A DNA stretch of 64,000 bases from Octopus vulgaris (Eukaryota): contig OX597816.1 of assembly GCA_951406725.2 (NCBI GenBank), positions 116,374,001 through 116,438,000 on the forward strand. The letters run 5' to 3'. Within the stretch, counting starts at the first letter, position 1; each line of letters starts with the position of its first letter. Shown piece by piece: positions 40,564-53,825 of the stretch. The translations under genes were made by a program, and so were the position numbers. The notes beneath the pieces are model-generated. The model was not told the origin of the DNA and made no database searches. It saw only the letters and a list, made by a program, of their open reading frames with translations.

Positions 40564-40660
40564 ACAGGGTGGGGAAGCAAAATTTACAATGAACGTTAAG
40601 TTGTTTTTTCTCAGCAGGCACTAAGTCAATTGTTTTGAAACCTAGCATATATTGATGTCA
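40564..40660. mobile_element. Isolated Tc1/mariner terminal fragment
   Basis: TA|cagggtggggaagcaaaatttac start directly after a TA array. Confidence 0.55.
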
Positions 40661-41494
40661 GAAACACACACACACATACACACACATAACATCCCCACCA
40701 ACAAAACACACAAACATACTCACGCACACAATGACGCACACATTCACACACGAGAACAAACACATACACGCATATGCGCACACACAACACCCTGACAAAT
40801 ATAAATCACACACACACACACACATACGTGCACACATATACACACACCACAATAAATTCTAGGACCAATCAAAAATGGCCCACACACACAAACACAAGCA
40901 CTTGTATATACACACACATAGAGACGTGCACATAGATACACACACACCATTCTCACCTCTAAGATCAGTGCCCAAACCACTAAACCATGACAGACTAGCC
41001 CATAAACAAAAAATCCTTTTGGTTCCACATTGCTCTTCCCCCCACCAACCTCCCACATTATCCCTAAAAATAGAAAACATTCCTTAGCTACACAACAGAC
41101 AGAAAATGTCAGACAGGTCAGTTATTCCTCTCCAATTTTTTGTAAATTCTTAAATATATCTCTTGTATATATATATATATATCCTACCAAACAAATATGA
41201 TTTTTATTGAACTCAAAATACTTAGTGTAATCCCTTTCTTGAATACTTTCTTGCAAACTGTTTTTAATATTTCCTTATTATCAAAGACTATATAACTGTA
41301 TTTTAATACTTTTGTGATAACCTACACTTAACACAACAAAGCTTATACAAAGCTTTACTTTTGATAATCGTTTTCTAAAAAAGTGAACCCGGTAAAGTCA
41401 TTTTAACCATCTCTAAAAGTCCTTTGCATTCTCAAACCTTCTTTCATATATATTTTCACTCGAGCGGTATCTTACAACTTTACTTTGTCATAGG

Positions 41495-41539
<45 letters not shown>

Positions 41540-41571
41540 GTACTGTATGTACACACACACACATATATATA

Positions 41572-42467
41572 CAGGGTGCGGTGAATAAACTGCTCTTAAA
41601 ATTACGCAAAAATGAAAATAACACTGACATCTCATTTTAACAGACGTATTTAGCAAAATTGCATAAAAATATCTTGAAATACTAAAAAGTAAATTTATTC
41701 AATAAAATTGCCATTGGCTTCAATCACGGCCTCCACACGACTTCTGAATCTCCTGCAACTCTTCTGCAACTCAATAGTCTCCTTGTTTGAGTTGGTGAAT
41801 ACTGCCATAATCCTTGCCTTCAGTTCATATTTGGTGTTACAAGGGATGTTGTTGATCTCTCACTCACCTGCACCCCATACATCATAACCAATGCAGCCTG
41901 GGGAGTTAGGTGGCCAGATGTTAGGGGTGATGTGGTCGAAGAAATTGTCTGACACCCATGACTGGGTTCTCCTGCTTGTGTGGCATGGTGCAGAGTCCTG
42001 TTGCCAGACATAGGGTCTTCCAGCAGCCACTCTATTTACTCAGAGCAGCTCTACCTCCTCCAGGCACTTGATGTAGGCCATCGTGTTGAGTTTGAGGCTG
42101 TATGGGAAGATGAATGGCGGCACAACATCGCCATCACTAGTGATCAGTCCAACACCATGATGTTCACTGGATATTTGATTTTTATCACTCTCGGTGCAAG
42201 TCCTTAGACTCCACTGTCCTCAGATTGCAGTCTTCAGATTGACACCCAAACACTCTGAAATGTTCATATTGAAGCTTCCGGCATGAATGCCAAGCGGTAC
42301 AGCAAGGTGTTTCCAGATTTCTGACAGAATGAATTGCGTCATAGTGCTGTTTTTCTTACAGATTGCTTCCAACTGACCCTACTGTACTAAGCAGTAGACA
42401 AAATCAAAAACAAACAATGCACGAAATTTATAATAGAAAATGTTGATAATTTACCCATCGCACATTG
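41572..42467 (-). mobile_element. Internally deleted DD37D (maT-type) transposon with both ends
   Basis: TA|cagggtgcggtgaat ... ttacccatcgcacattg|TA; minus strand encodes YVWQQDSAPCHTSRRTQSWVSDNFFDHITPNIWPPNS; homologous to 3040-3516. Confidence 0.87.
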
Positions 42468-42587
42468 TATATATATATATATATTATATTAAATTAGAGA
42501 CAAAACCACTATTAGGCAAATCATCTCTCTCTCCCTCTACCTTTCTGATTTTTCCCTGTAAGTTTGGATTTATTCCCTAATATTTAT

Positions 42588-42621
<34 letters not shown>

Positions 42622-43147
42622 GAAGCACGTGGCTTAATGGTTAGGCTGTCAGCATCATGATCGTAAGATTGTGGTTTCGATTCCTGGACAGGGCGACGCG
42701 TTGTGTTCTTGAGCAAAACACTTCATTTCACGTTGCTCCAGTTCACTCAGCTGGCAAAATGATTAACGTTTTTTAATGGCGGTGCCCCAGCATGGCCACA
42801 GCTTGTGAGCTGAAACTAGATAAATAAATAAAAAAAAAAAATATGTATGTATGTATGTGTGCATGTATGTATGTATGTATGTATGTATGTATGTGTGTGT
42901 GCGCGTGTGTATGTATATAAAGGACTAAATAAAGAAATAAATGGTGAATAAGTAGGATACCCCATCTCTCTCTCTCCCTCTACCTTTCTGTTTATCTGTC
43001 TGACTATATTTATTAATAATTGACCTTTCGACCGCGGTATCTTCAATTTCGATAGAAAACCAAGGATTTCGAACCTTCCCCCATTGGAACTGGACACCCT
43101 CCGGAAGCTCTACATACATATATATTATATATATATATATATACACA

Positions 43148-43298
43148 CAAGGTGGGGGGGGGTGAAAAGTTCTTGGCTTTGGATAAAAGAAAATACAGGA
43201 GGATCATCTTATTATGATTTTATTCTCCATAATTCCCTCTGAGATTCACACACTTATTGCAGCAGTCTTTTAGATTTCTAAGCCTTGTAAAAGAACTC
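43148..43298. mobile_element. Partial mariner MITE
   Basis: gaaaagttcttggctttggataaaagaaaatacaggagg... matches the 48073 copy. Confidence 0.75.
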
Positions 43299-43625
43299 TA
43301 TCATTTTTTTTCCTTTGAAGAACAATATACTCTGAAATTCAAAGTAACATTATTTTATTAAACAGAAATACAACCAAAATGCAAAGTTTCAGCAGGAATG
43401 CCAATGTGTCAGACATCAGACAGTAACAAATGAACGTTAATAGTTGGTGTAAGTACTACAGAATTTGGGAGGGGTTTAAGGTTGAAAAGGGTGCAACCAA
43501 AAATTAGCAGTTATTTTAACAAATGAAGGAAGATAAAGTGTTTATCAAATATGTGAGAATGGGAGGATAACATCATTAATGAGATGTTCAATAATACTAA
43601 CTACGGTAGTATTATTAAAGTTGTT

Positions 43626-43840
43626 AAGGCAGTGAGCTCACAGAATCGTTAGCATGCCGGGCAAAATACTTAGTGGCATTTTGTCAATCTTTATGTACTA
43701 AGTTCAAAAGCCACCAGGGTTGACTTTTATCATTTTGGGTTGATAAAATAAGTACAAGTTGAGCACTGGAGTTTATCTAATCAAATTAACGCCTCCCTTA
43801 AAATTTCCAGCCCTGTGTCAAAAATTTGAAACCAATTTTA
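43626..43840 (+). mobile_element. Family-A SINE
   Basis: aaggcagtgagctcacagaatcgttagcatgccgggcaaaat...gataaaataagtac. Confidence 0.75.
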
Positions 43841-45049
43841 TTAAAGTCATAAGAGCATAGTTTGTCCCTTCATATAATGTGCTTATTGCTATGATTGTGG
43901 TATACATTCGGGAAAGCTATATGGCCTATCATCTTGATAACATTAATTGACTGCTACTTTATTTTATCAACTCCAGAACGATAAAAGCTAAAGTTGATCT
44001 TGAGATTTAATCACTGCATATAAAATTATGTAACTCAATTTCACAAGGACAATGCTCTCTCAATCCAACCAGCTGTCACACTAATGAATCCCAGCAGGAC
44101 ATGTCTAGTATTTGAATCATTCTCAACTCTACTTTATCCCTGACAATCTTAAATATATTCATCGGGCCATATAAATAAGGTCAAATTCCAAGTAGAGAAA
44201 ATTTCATTCAATCCAAACTAGCATAAGAAACCAGATGATTGCAGTAATGATATCAAGGTTGATTTTAATTACAATTAATAATTCATTTTCTAATTGCCAT
44301 GGTTAGTTCATTTGTTAGTTCATTTTCTTCATTGACTCTTTTACAATTTTACAATTTTATATTTTACTAAAAAATAAATTGGTTGTTGAATACACTCAGT
44401 AAAACATTTATGTTTGACATTTATTTAAAAATATTACAAAATACATCTAATTGGAATATTTTTTTTTAAATTGATAGATTGATAGTTTGATTGATTATGA
44501 GAATGAGTATAAACAAATTATATTTTAAAGATTACTCTCTTGTTTTTTTTTCTTCTAACCTATAAGACTGTGGTGTCACATTTCCTTAAGCACTTCAAAT
44601 GAAACCCAAATTGTTAACCTTCGGTCAAGTGTTTATGTGGTTTTGTTGAGAGTTGATCTCTCATTTGCTTCATGCAACAACAATCTGAAATACTCTAGGG
44701 TATCATTAGTCATTTTTATTTATAAAATCATTTAAATTATATTGTTTTATTCATTTAACTTGGTCACAATACACACATTAACTTCTGACAGATAATAAAA
44801 ATTAACAAAATTTAGATAAGAATTCATATGAATTTTATTGTTTAGACTCTGGTACTTTGACAATTGACTTTTGCTAAAGCTAAAATATGAACTATAAGAT
44901 TACTGCTCCAAGATTCATGAAGAAACTGTTAAAAGAAAAATTAATTTAAAAAAAAATTAATTAAAGAAAAATTAATGTAACTGTAGTATTTACACTATGT
45001 TGTCACTTATCTAACAATAAAATGAATGGAAAGTTAGATAATCTCCAAG

Positions 45050-45320
45050 TTCAGCTGGTGAGATAGAATTGCAAATGAAGAGTTCCTTCCATGAAGGAAA
45101 TCCTAGCCATTGCTAAACATCCTTACACTATGTTAATTTCCCCTGGCAAGTCACATTTTGCACCTAGAAGCCACCCAGCATGCAAAGACTGCAATGATGT
45201 GAACATCAGAAGAAGGAGAATAGTCAAAGGATTGGCCTGAAACCACCTGACAGAAGACATTCTAGAAAAACCTCAAATGCAGAGGGACCTGTTTGAGGCA
45301 AATGGAAAGAACAGCAAACA
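45050..45320 (+). mobile_element. Very old RTE-like LINE C-terminal remnant
   Basis: W*DRIANEEFL ... WPETT*QKTF resembles the WxDxITNEEVL / GRPxxTW motifs. Confidence 0.4.
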
Positions 45321-46119
45321 TGAGAAAGCTTGCTGCTTTATGTGTCTCAATAACTGTCCTATGAGCACTCAGCATATCTATATATGTTGCTTACTTAAGT
45401 TTGTTAGACCATGTATCACCAGGGTATTCCAGTACTCACCAGTAATATATTTGATTTAATTGTCAGTTTTACAAATAAAATAAGCTACAATATATTTCTT
45501 TAAAATAGTCTAAGAGAAATGGATGATAGTTACCATATGAACATATTATAAGAAAAGAGATTCCACAATCTAATCAGAGTAAAGTAAAATTTAAAAACAC
45601 TGGAGAGACATAAATTGTGTATATCCTGGCATTCAAAACAAGAGATACTTAGCAGCTGTTTCTTGCAAGCCATGTAAAGCAGTGGTGTTCTTGGTGCTAT
45701 GGTACCCTGCAGCACTTCAAAGATATCCATTTATACCGTCAATCATAATTTAAGAATTTAGAAAATCCATACTTAATTTTTAAGTGTCTTAAAAAACATG
45801 ATATTCATAATTTTGTTACACACTAATTTTACTACTCAAACTGTGGAAGCAAATGGTTTTCAATACTTAATCTGTGTTTTTCTAAATTTCTAACTTAAAA
45901 TCAGATCTTTATGCTTCCCGTCAAGTACACAAATTGATTTTTTAATTAATTTTTTCCTATGTTCCATGAAATTAGAATAATTATGAAGCACTAATGTAAG
46001 CTCCTTTCTTGGCTCATGCAAGATGTTGTTGACGGTTTTGTTGTCATAAGTAACAACATTGATTTTATGCAAATTCATCTAACAGATCAGTTGTGGGTTA
46101 GATAGGAAATATATATATA

Positions 46120-46378
46120 CAGGTGCAGGCATGGCTGTGTGGTAAGAAGCTTGCTTCCCAACCACATTGTTCTGGGTTCAGTCCCACTGCGTGGAACCGT
46201 GGGCAAGTGTCTTCTACAAATAGCCTTGAACCAACCAAAGCCTTGTGAGTGGATATAGTAGTCAGAAACTGAAAGAAGCCAATCGTGTATATATTTATAT
46301 GTGTGTGCCTTTGTGTCTGTATTTGTCCTCCACCACCATCACCATCACTTGACAACCGATGTTGGTGTGTTTATGCTC
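46120..46378 (+). mobile_element. CORE-type SINE (family B), 3'-truncated
   Basis: aggtgcaggcatggctgtgtggtaagaagcttgcttcccaacc...gggcaagtgtcttcta. Confidence 0.85.
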
Positions 46379-47054
46379 CTCAAACAATAAACAGGTAATA
46401 GATCTTTTGCTGCAGTAGCGAGAGTATCCCATCTGTATGCAACAATGAAATACTGCCACTTCCATAGTTTCGTGGTACTGAAGATGTAACACAGACAGGG
46501 GCAGCTACAATCAAGTTGCTGATATAGTTGATTCTTCCATTACCGATAACTTCAAGAAATGATACAGGTGTTTAAGAAATGGAGCCTTTTGGAAAATGAA
46601 GGATGAACATGATATACAAACTGGAACCAATTAGGAAAGAAAGCTTTTGAGTTTAAAAAATCACCAAACAATTAAAATACAAATAAATATTAAATAAAAC
46701 AACAATAGATTTTATATAACTGACTAATTGAATGGGTTTCATACAAACATGACATTTATAAGTTCCCTTTCTTGGATTTCAAAATATTCAATAATGAAAG
46801 ATTTACCCATTTATTAACTATTTTCTAACATGTAAATTGTAGATTGTGACATTCCCCCTTAGTCACTGGTTATTCTTCATCTTATTTTCTTGCTATTGAA
46901 ATTGAAATGTTAAGCAGTGATATGTATATATGTATATACTGGTATGGGTTAGACGGTTTGACTGGAATTGGTAAGCCAGAGAGCTGCACAAGGTTCCAAT
47001 ATTATTTAGCATAGTTTCTACTGATGGATGCCCTTCCTAATATTATGACTGCAT

Positions 47055-47238
47055 GTGTACCGTTGGCGATTTTTTTCCTCCATCTTCCCTTCTTTGGATC
47101 TTTCCTTTTCTTATGTTTCTGACGAAGAGTTCCATTCAAAAGGTTAAACCCTCCTTCTTTCCTTCTTTCCTGAGCATCCAATAATACTATACTTGTTCCA
47201 TGTCCTTGTGTTGTTGTTTTTTCATGTTTGGATTAACT
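47055..47238 (+). mobile_element. Penelope pLTR-like fragment with a decayed minimal HHR (47115-47149)
   Basis: GUUU-CUGACGA-A-GAGU-ucc-AUUC-aaaag-GUU-AAAC (GAAAC mutated); downstream ttcctgagc..aata resembles the 18102 element. Confidence 0.5.
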
Positions 47239-47264
47239 ATATATATATATATGTATATATATAT

Positions 47265-47749
47265 GTAAACTCATTACCAGTTCAAATTTGCATCAGGCAT
47301 ATTTGAACCCATAAGAAAGTTATTCATTGTATTTTGTCGTAGAGAAAATTTCTCACAAGACAGTTTGAAGCACTTCCTTGCTAGACTGATGGATGCATGC
47401 CTTTTCAAGGAGTTATCTCCTCTTCAGCATCAGATACTGGAAGAAGGTGTGTCAGACTGACTTTATTATGATGGATCTGCTGATTAGCACAACCAGTCAC
47501 AGCACACTGAAAAGTTATCTCATGCCAGTCTATCACATCTTCCCCTTCTAATGCATGATATTGAAGAGGAGACAACTAATCCGAAATACACCCATCTCTC
47601 AGTCTGGTCAGGAGATGCTTCAAACTGACTTAGTGTGTTTACACCTATTTGTCTACACTGTGAAATTTTGTCTATGACAAAATACAGTAAATGGCTTTCT
47701 TAGAGGTTTGAATATCTCGAGTATAATTGAACTGATAAAGAGTTTATAT
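47265..47749. mobile_element. Old ~480-bp imperfect palindromic (fold-back/MITE-like) element
   Basis: Nested pairs: taaactc/gagttta, tgtattttgtcgtaga/tctatgacaaaataca, cagtttgaagca/tgcttcaaactg, agttatctcctcttca/tgaagaggagacaact. Confidence 0.75.
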
Positions 47750-48072
47750 TTCTTGCTATGATATTGACAAATCAGCTCCATTTCTAATGTAACAAAGAAG
47801 GAAAGATATTAATTTTCACCTAATCTGGCCCTTTGGAAAATGTCTGGCTACAAAATAAATTGAAGTCTGAAATAGTTATACTGTACTGTTTCAATTCCTA
47901 AGTTGATAATGGAGCAAGTGTGTACACATATATATACATGTGTGTGTGTCTGTGTCTGTGTTTGTGTGTGTGTGTGTGTTTGTGTATAGATATGTGTATA
48001 TGAGTATATGATTGCATATGAGAATGTGTATGTGTACATATGTGAGTGCATGCATGTGTTTGTATGTAAGTA

Positions 48073-48288
48073 CAAGGGGGAGCTTAAAAGTTCCTGGCTT
48101 TGAGTAAAAGAAAATACAGGAGGAGCAGCTAATGATATTATTCAATATATTCCCCTCTCAGATGTACACACTTATTGCAAAGGTCCTCCAGTTTTTCTAA
48201 AACCTGTAAAAGAACTTAGAAGGTTGAACCTCCAATCAAGCCTTTCATGATATCCTTAAAGCCAAGAACTTTTCGGCACTCCCTCTTG
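48073..48288. mobile_element. Mariner-derived MITE
   Basis: TIRs caagggggagcttaaaagttcctggcttt / aaagccaagaacttttcggcactccctcttg. Confidence 0.8.
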
Positions 48289-49299
48289 TGTGAGTATATA
48301 TTTGTATGTAATGCTTGGGTATTTTTGTCTTTGCATGCATATATGTGCAGGTACATAGAATGTTTACTTGTAGGATATATACGTGCTTGTGAGTATATGA
48401 GGATGACTGCGTCTGTTTATTAGTATGTTTGCATGTGTATATGTGTGCATGTACATATGTGAAGCTAGTTACATGTTACCTAAAACCATTCATGTGTCAC
48501 TGCTGTACATGCTTGCCATAAGTTTGCTTTCACTCTATTAAATATCCCTTGAAACGAATATGAAATTGAGTCTTATGACTTGCTAGAAATAGCAGCCAAA
48601 TCTCCTTCAAATCCCAGCTTTGTAACATAAAAAAGGAAGGACACATTAGAAAATGTGGTGGTAGATAAGCAGTGTGGTGTCAGAATAGCATGAATTCTGT
48701 CCAAAAGTTGACTGTTAATTAATAATTAATTATAGGAATATTGTAATTTATATATTATGTTGAATATTAAATTATAATTCTTTATCTTAAGTCTTTATTT
48801 TGAAATACAATTCTTTATGTAAGCTTATGTAAGTATTAAATAGCAAAAAGAGAAAAATAAAACAGTTAGACTGTGAGGAACTCTTATAAAAGAATACTAC
48901 TCACAAAAGACTTTTATGTACCTAATCTATGGCTAGACATAATTAAATGAGATTTCATAATCATAGTTATATGAAACAATGAGTTATGATAGAGAGAATG
49001 AAATTTATATAAACTCATCTAGTTATCTTTTAAATTGAGCATGGCTTAATTCATTTATGGTACTATTGAAGAAAAAATTAGACATTAGTTGTTTACTTAC
49101 AGGCACCAAACTGGCTGGGTAATGAGAATGTTGGATAGAATAGCTTGTAGTATTTTCTCTCGATCTCTACATTCTGAGTTCAAATCTAGCTGAGGTCAAC
49201 TTGCCTTTCATCCTTTTAAGGTCAGTAAACAAATTACCAGTGATGGACATTGAATTGAGGAATTGAGGAATTGTTCAAGCATTGATGATGATGATACTC

Positions 49300-51612
49300 A
49301 TGATGATCATGATCATCTTCATCATCGTTGACGTCGTTTAATGCCTGCTTTCCATGCTGGCATGGGTTGGATGGTTTAACTGAGAACTCGCAAGCAGGTA
49401 GGATGCACCAGGCTCCAATCTGATATGGCAAGGTTTCTACAGCTAGATGCCCGACTTAAACCATTCTGAGAGCATAGTGGATGCATTTATGTGCCACCAG
49501 CATGGGTGCCAATCAGGCAGCACTGGCATTGGCCATGCTTCAATGGTGCTTTCTACATGCCACTGGCAGGGGTGCCAGTCAGGCAGCACTGGCATCAGCC
49601 ATAAGTGTAATTCAACAGGCCTTCACAAGCACAGCATATTGCCCAACAACAGAAGGGTGCTTTTAAATGGGCCAGTTATGCGATACTAGCATCGACCACG
49701 ACTACGATCTCACTTGGCTTGCTGGGTCTTCTCAAGCACAGCACATCTCTAAGGGTCAAGTCGCTTGTCATTGCCTCAGTGAGGCTCAACATTCAAAGCT
49801 CATGCTTCACCACAGCATTCCATGTCTTACTGGGTTCGCCTCTTCCACAGGTTCCCTCCACTGTTAGGGTGTGACACATTTTCACATAGCTGTCCTCAGC
49901 CATATGCATCACATGACCATGCCAAAACAGTAGTCTCTCTTGTACACCACATCTGATGCTGCTTATGTCCAGGGCACAATTACTCTGTCATGTATGCACA
50001 CTGACATTACACATCCAGCAGAGCACACTAACTCCATTTCTTTCAAGGCTACGCATGTCCTCCACAGTCACAGCCCATATTTCATTGCCACGTAGCATGG
50101 CTGTTTGTACACAGGTATCATACAGTCTACCTTTCACTCTGAGCGAGAAGCCTTTTGTTACCAGCAGAGGTAGTAGCTCTCTGAGCTTTGCCCAGGCAGT
50201 TCTTATTCTAGCAGCTATGATCTCAAAGCATCCACCCCAGCTACTGATTTGGTCACCTAGGCAATGGAAGCTATGAACAACTTCTAGTTTTTTCCCCTGG
50301 CATGTGATGGAAACTGTTTCCTGTACATCTTCAATGTTTATTACCCCTGTGCATCTGCCACACACAAAAACTATCTTCCCAGTTTACCTTCCTTTGATAT
50401 TGTTGCACCCCTTATGTGTCCTTAGCTTACACTGGGTACAACTTATGAAGTCTCTACCTACACCTTTTCTACAGATCAATCACAGCTATCTACCTGAAGG
50501 GATTTGTGATTTATCCCCCTTCTTACTGACTAAGACTTTGGCCTTTGCTAGGTTAACTCTAAGGCCCTTCAATTCTAGGCCTTGCTTCCACACCTGAAAC
50601 TTCTCTAGTTCTGGTAGTGATTCAGCGCTTAGAGCAAGGTCATCAGTATAGAGGAGCTCCCAGCAGCTGTCTTACCAGAAATATAGCATCAGTGGTGCTT
50701 CTCCCTGGCACAAACCCAAACTGCATCTCATTTAAACTAATTTTCATCCTAATTAGCTGGGTTATGACCCTCTCTGTGACTTTCATCACCTGATCCGACA
50801 ATTTGATACTTTTGTAATTATTTCTATCTAAGACACCACCTTTACCTTTATTGCAGTTCACTATGGTACTGCTACACCAGTTGTTGGGTATGACTCCTTT
50901 GTGTATCACCTGGTTGACTATATGGGTGACTAGACTGTAGCCTACATCACCAGATATTTTAAGCATCTCAGCAGTGATTCCTGATGGGCTGGGTGCTTTC
51001 CCTGTCTTCATACTCTTAATTGCTTTATCTACCAAGGTACTGTCAATTTTGATAGCTGGTCCCACTGTTGGGTCGACATTTGGCAGACTCTCTTTCTCCC
51101 ATTCATTCTCTTCATTTAGCAACCTTTCATAGCATCTCCAAGTCTCTCTTTTTGCAGAATCATTAAATGCAAGTGAGCCATCATCCATGCGGACACATTT
51201 CTCACCTATTACATTGAAATTTTCTCTCACATACTGTCTTGCAATTCAAAACACTTCAAGTTGCTGATCCTCATGATGCTGAACATTGGCAAATATTTCC
51301 TTATCTGTTTTCCCTCTGGCTAACTAAATCTGTTTCCTAACTTCCCTTCTGACGATCTGATACAGTTCCCTGCTACCAAAACACTTCCAGTCCTTCCATG
51401 CCTGTTTCTTTTCCTTAATGGCTTTAACAACTACATCGTTCCACCACCATGTTGCATTAGGTCGAGAGGAAACTTTGCATCAGCCACAGATCTGGTCGGT
51501 AACCCTCAACAGGTTGTCCCGTAGGAACCTCCACTTGTCTCCCACATTATGTGATTTTATATCCTCCTCTTTTTCATCAAAGGCTTCAAGCATTACGTCT
51601 CTAAATCTCTGT
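49300..51612 (-). mobile_element. RTE-clade LINE, 5'-truncated, internally deleted, with 3' UTR and (GAT)n tail
   Basis: ORF 50643-51230 KAIKSMKTGKAPSPSGITAEMLK...NYKSIKL...QFGFVPGRSTTDAIFLVRQL; WELLYTDDLAL; ORF 49988-50365 FHCLGD...ARIRTAWAK...KGRLYDTCV. Confidence 0.92.
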
Positions 51613-51614
51613 AA

Positions 51615-51860
51615 TAATGATGATGATGATCATCATCATCATGAAAATGATGATTGCTGTTGTTGTTGTTGTGGCGGCGGCGGCGGTGGTGGTGGTGGTG
51701 GTGGTGGTGGTGGCGGCGGTGGTGGCGGTGGTGGTGGTGGTGGTGGTGGTGGTGGTGGCTACGGCAGCGGCGGCGGCGGTGGCAGTGGCAGTGGTGGCAC
51801 TGGTAGAATTGACGTTGGAGTTCATGAAACAGCAGTGATTATGGTAATGATGATGATGAT
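51615..51860. repeat. (GAT)/(GTT)/(GGC)/(GGT) trinucleotide tract
   Basis: Direct reading. Confidence 0.92.
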
Positions 51861-52088
51861 AAACAGGCATATCACTGCAAAATACTTCACTTGAACACTT
51901 TCAACTAAACCATTCTATTCATTTTAACAATTTCTATTGATATCTATAAACAGTTTCTTTTTTTTTCTTTTTAAATCTTTCACTCACTTTGACAGGGTTT
52001 TTTTTTCTCCCCTCTTTTTCTTTTCCTGAAGTTCTACATTTGCAGTTCTTTGAAATAATATCACCTTGAACACTTCCCATTTAAATTC

Positions 52089-52159
<71 letters not shown>

Positions 52160-52385
52160 TATATGCATATATGTATATATCTATGTATGTATGTATACAT
52201 ATACACATATATACAAATGCGTGTATATATATATATATATATACACACACAAATACACACACACATATTCATGCATACATACACACACTTACACACACAT
52301 ATATATACATAATTGTGGTGGGATGTGGGTGTTGGTAGGATATACATGTGTTTATAAATGTTTATAAGTTTATGTTTGTGTGATT

Positions 52386-52447
<62 letters not shown>

Positions 52448-52546
52448 TTGCTTTCAGCAAAATTGTTGAATTGGCAAGTTTAGTTAACATATTTAAATGA
52501 TAAATGAATAGCAAGTAACACAGTAAGAAAATTACATCTATACAAA

Positions 52547-52588
<42 letters not shown>

Positions 52589-53391
52589 TATATAGGCACT
52601 TGTATATGTATGAATATTTATGCATATGTATATGTATGTGTGTCTATATATTATATATATATATATAAATACTCATATGTATATGTATGTAAATATATAT
52701 ATGCACATATATATAGGTATATACACGCACACACACATGTATGTATGTATGTAAGTATACACGTATACATACATATATAGAGATAGATATAGATAATATA
52801 TACATATAGAAATATAGATAGAGAAATATACATACACATACACATGTGCACATACACCCTCATAGACATACATCCACACATATATAGACACACACACATA
52901 TACGAACATACATATATCAAGAGATCTGTTTTAAAATAATTTGTTTCCCTTCATCTGCAGATTACTATTTAAAAAATAAGGCTTGGGTTTAGTAATGAAT
53001 AATAATTTAGAAATAGAGAGATAAATAAAAGGTTAAGATATCAATGTATATTTAAAAAAAGAAAACAAAACCTGGAATATACATATATATATTTGTATGG
53101 GTGTAGTTATTTCATTTAACATTGTAAAAAAATATGCATTATTTCATAATTCTATCTGAAGAGGTAAAAGTGAGAAAAAAAGAAGAGGTTTGAAACTTTT
53201 AAAATAATGTTAATAGAATTTTTAAAAACATAATTTGTATGTGTGTTTATAAACACATGCATACACACATATACATACATACATATATACCAATATATGT
53301 CTATACATACACATATGCCTATACACACACATGCATATATATATATATATGAAGATATACTCACATGATTATATATAATATATATATATAT

Positions 53392-53478
53392 ATAATGAGA
53401 TGATTACTGCTTGATAAACTAGTTTCATAAACTGATGATAGTAATGTATCTGTGAGTTTATGGGCATTTATGTTTGTA

Positions 53479-53522
<44 letters not shown>

Positions 53523-53609
53523 TACAAACACAAATGCCCATAAACTCACAGATACATGACTATCATCATTTTATGAAACTAGTTTATCAAGCAGTAATCA
53601 TCTCATTAT
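53392..53609. repeat. Palindrome of ~90-bp unique arms centred on a (TA)n array
   Basis: ataatgagatgattactgcttg...tttgtatg (TA)n catacaaa...caagcagtaatcatctcattat; about 3 mismatches. Confidence 0.95.
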
Positions 53610-53825
53610 TATGCTGTTATGAAGTTTTGACAATTTGTCATCAGGATATCAAAAGGTTGGAGCATTTCCATCAAAAAAAGCTTCTCACCATCTTAAGCAT
53701 CAAATAGGAGGAAAACATAACCTGCAATGGAAAAAGAAACAGTAATACATAGAGTCAACTATGATGAAACACCAGTGATGATTGTTGGGACATATGGTGA
53801 GAATGAAGGAAAAGAGATTCCCTCA
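53570..53825 (+). mobile_element. RTE-like LINE C-terminal remnant
   Basis: KLVYQAVIISLLCCYEVLTICHQDIKRLEHFHQKKLLTILSIK*...LLGHMVRMKEKRFP. Confidence 0.75.

Noticed and set aside
45530-46620. Possible exons in microsatellite-poor unique sequence
   Set aside because: The candidate AG..GT intervals tested contain stops or lack canonical donors; small exons cannot be excluded without RNA-seq
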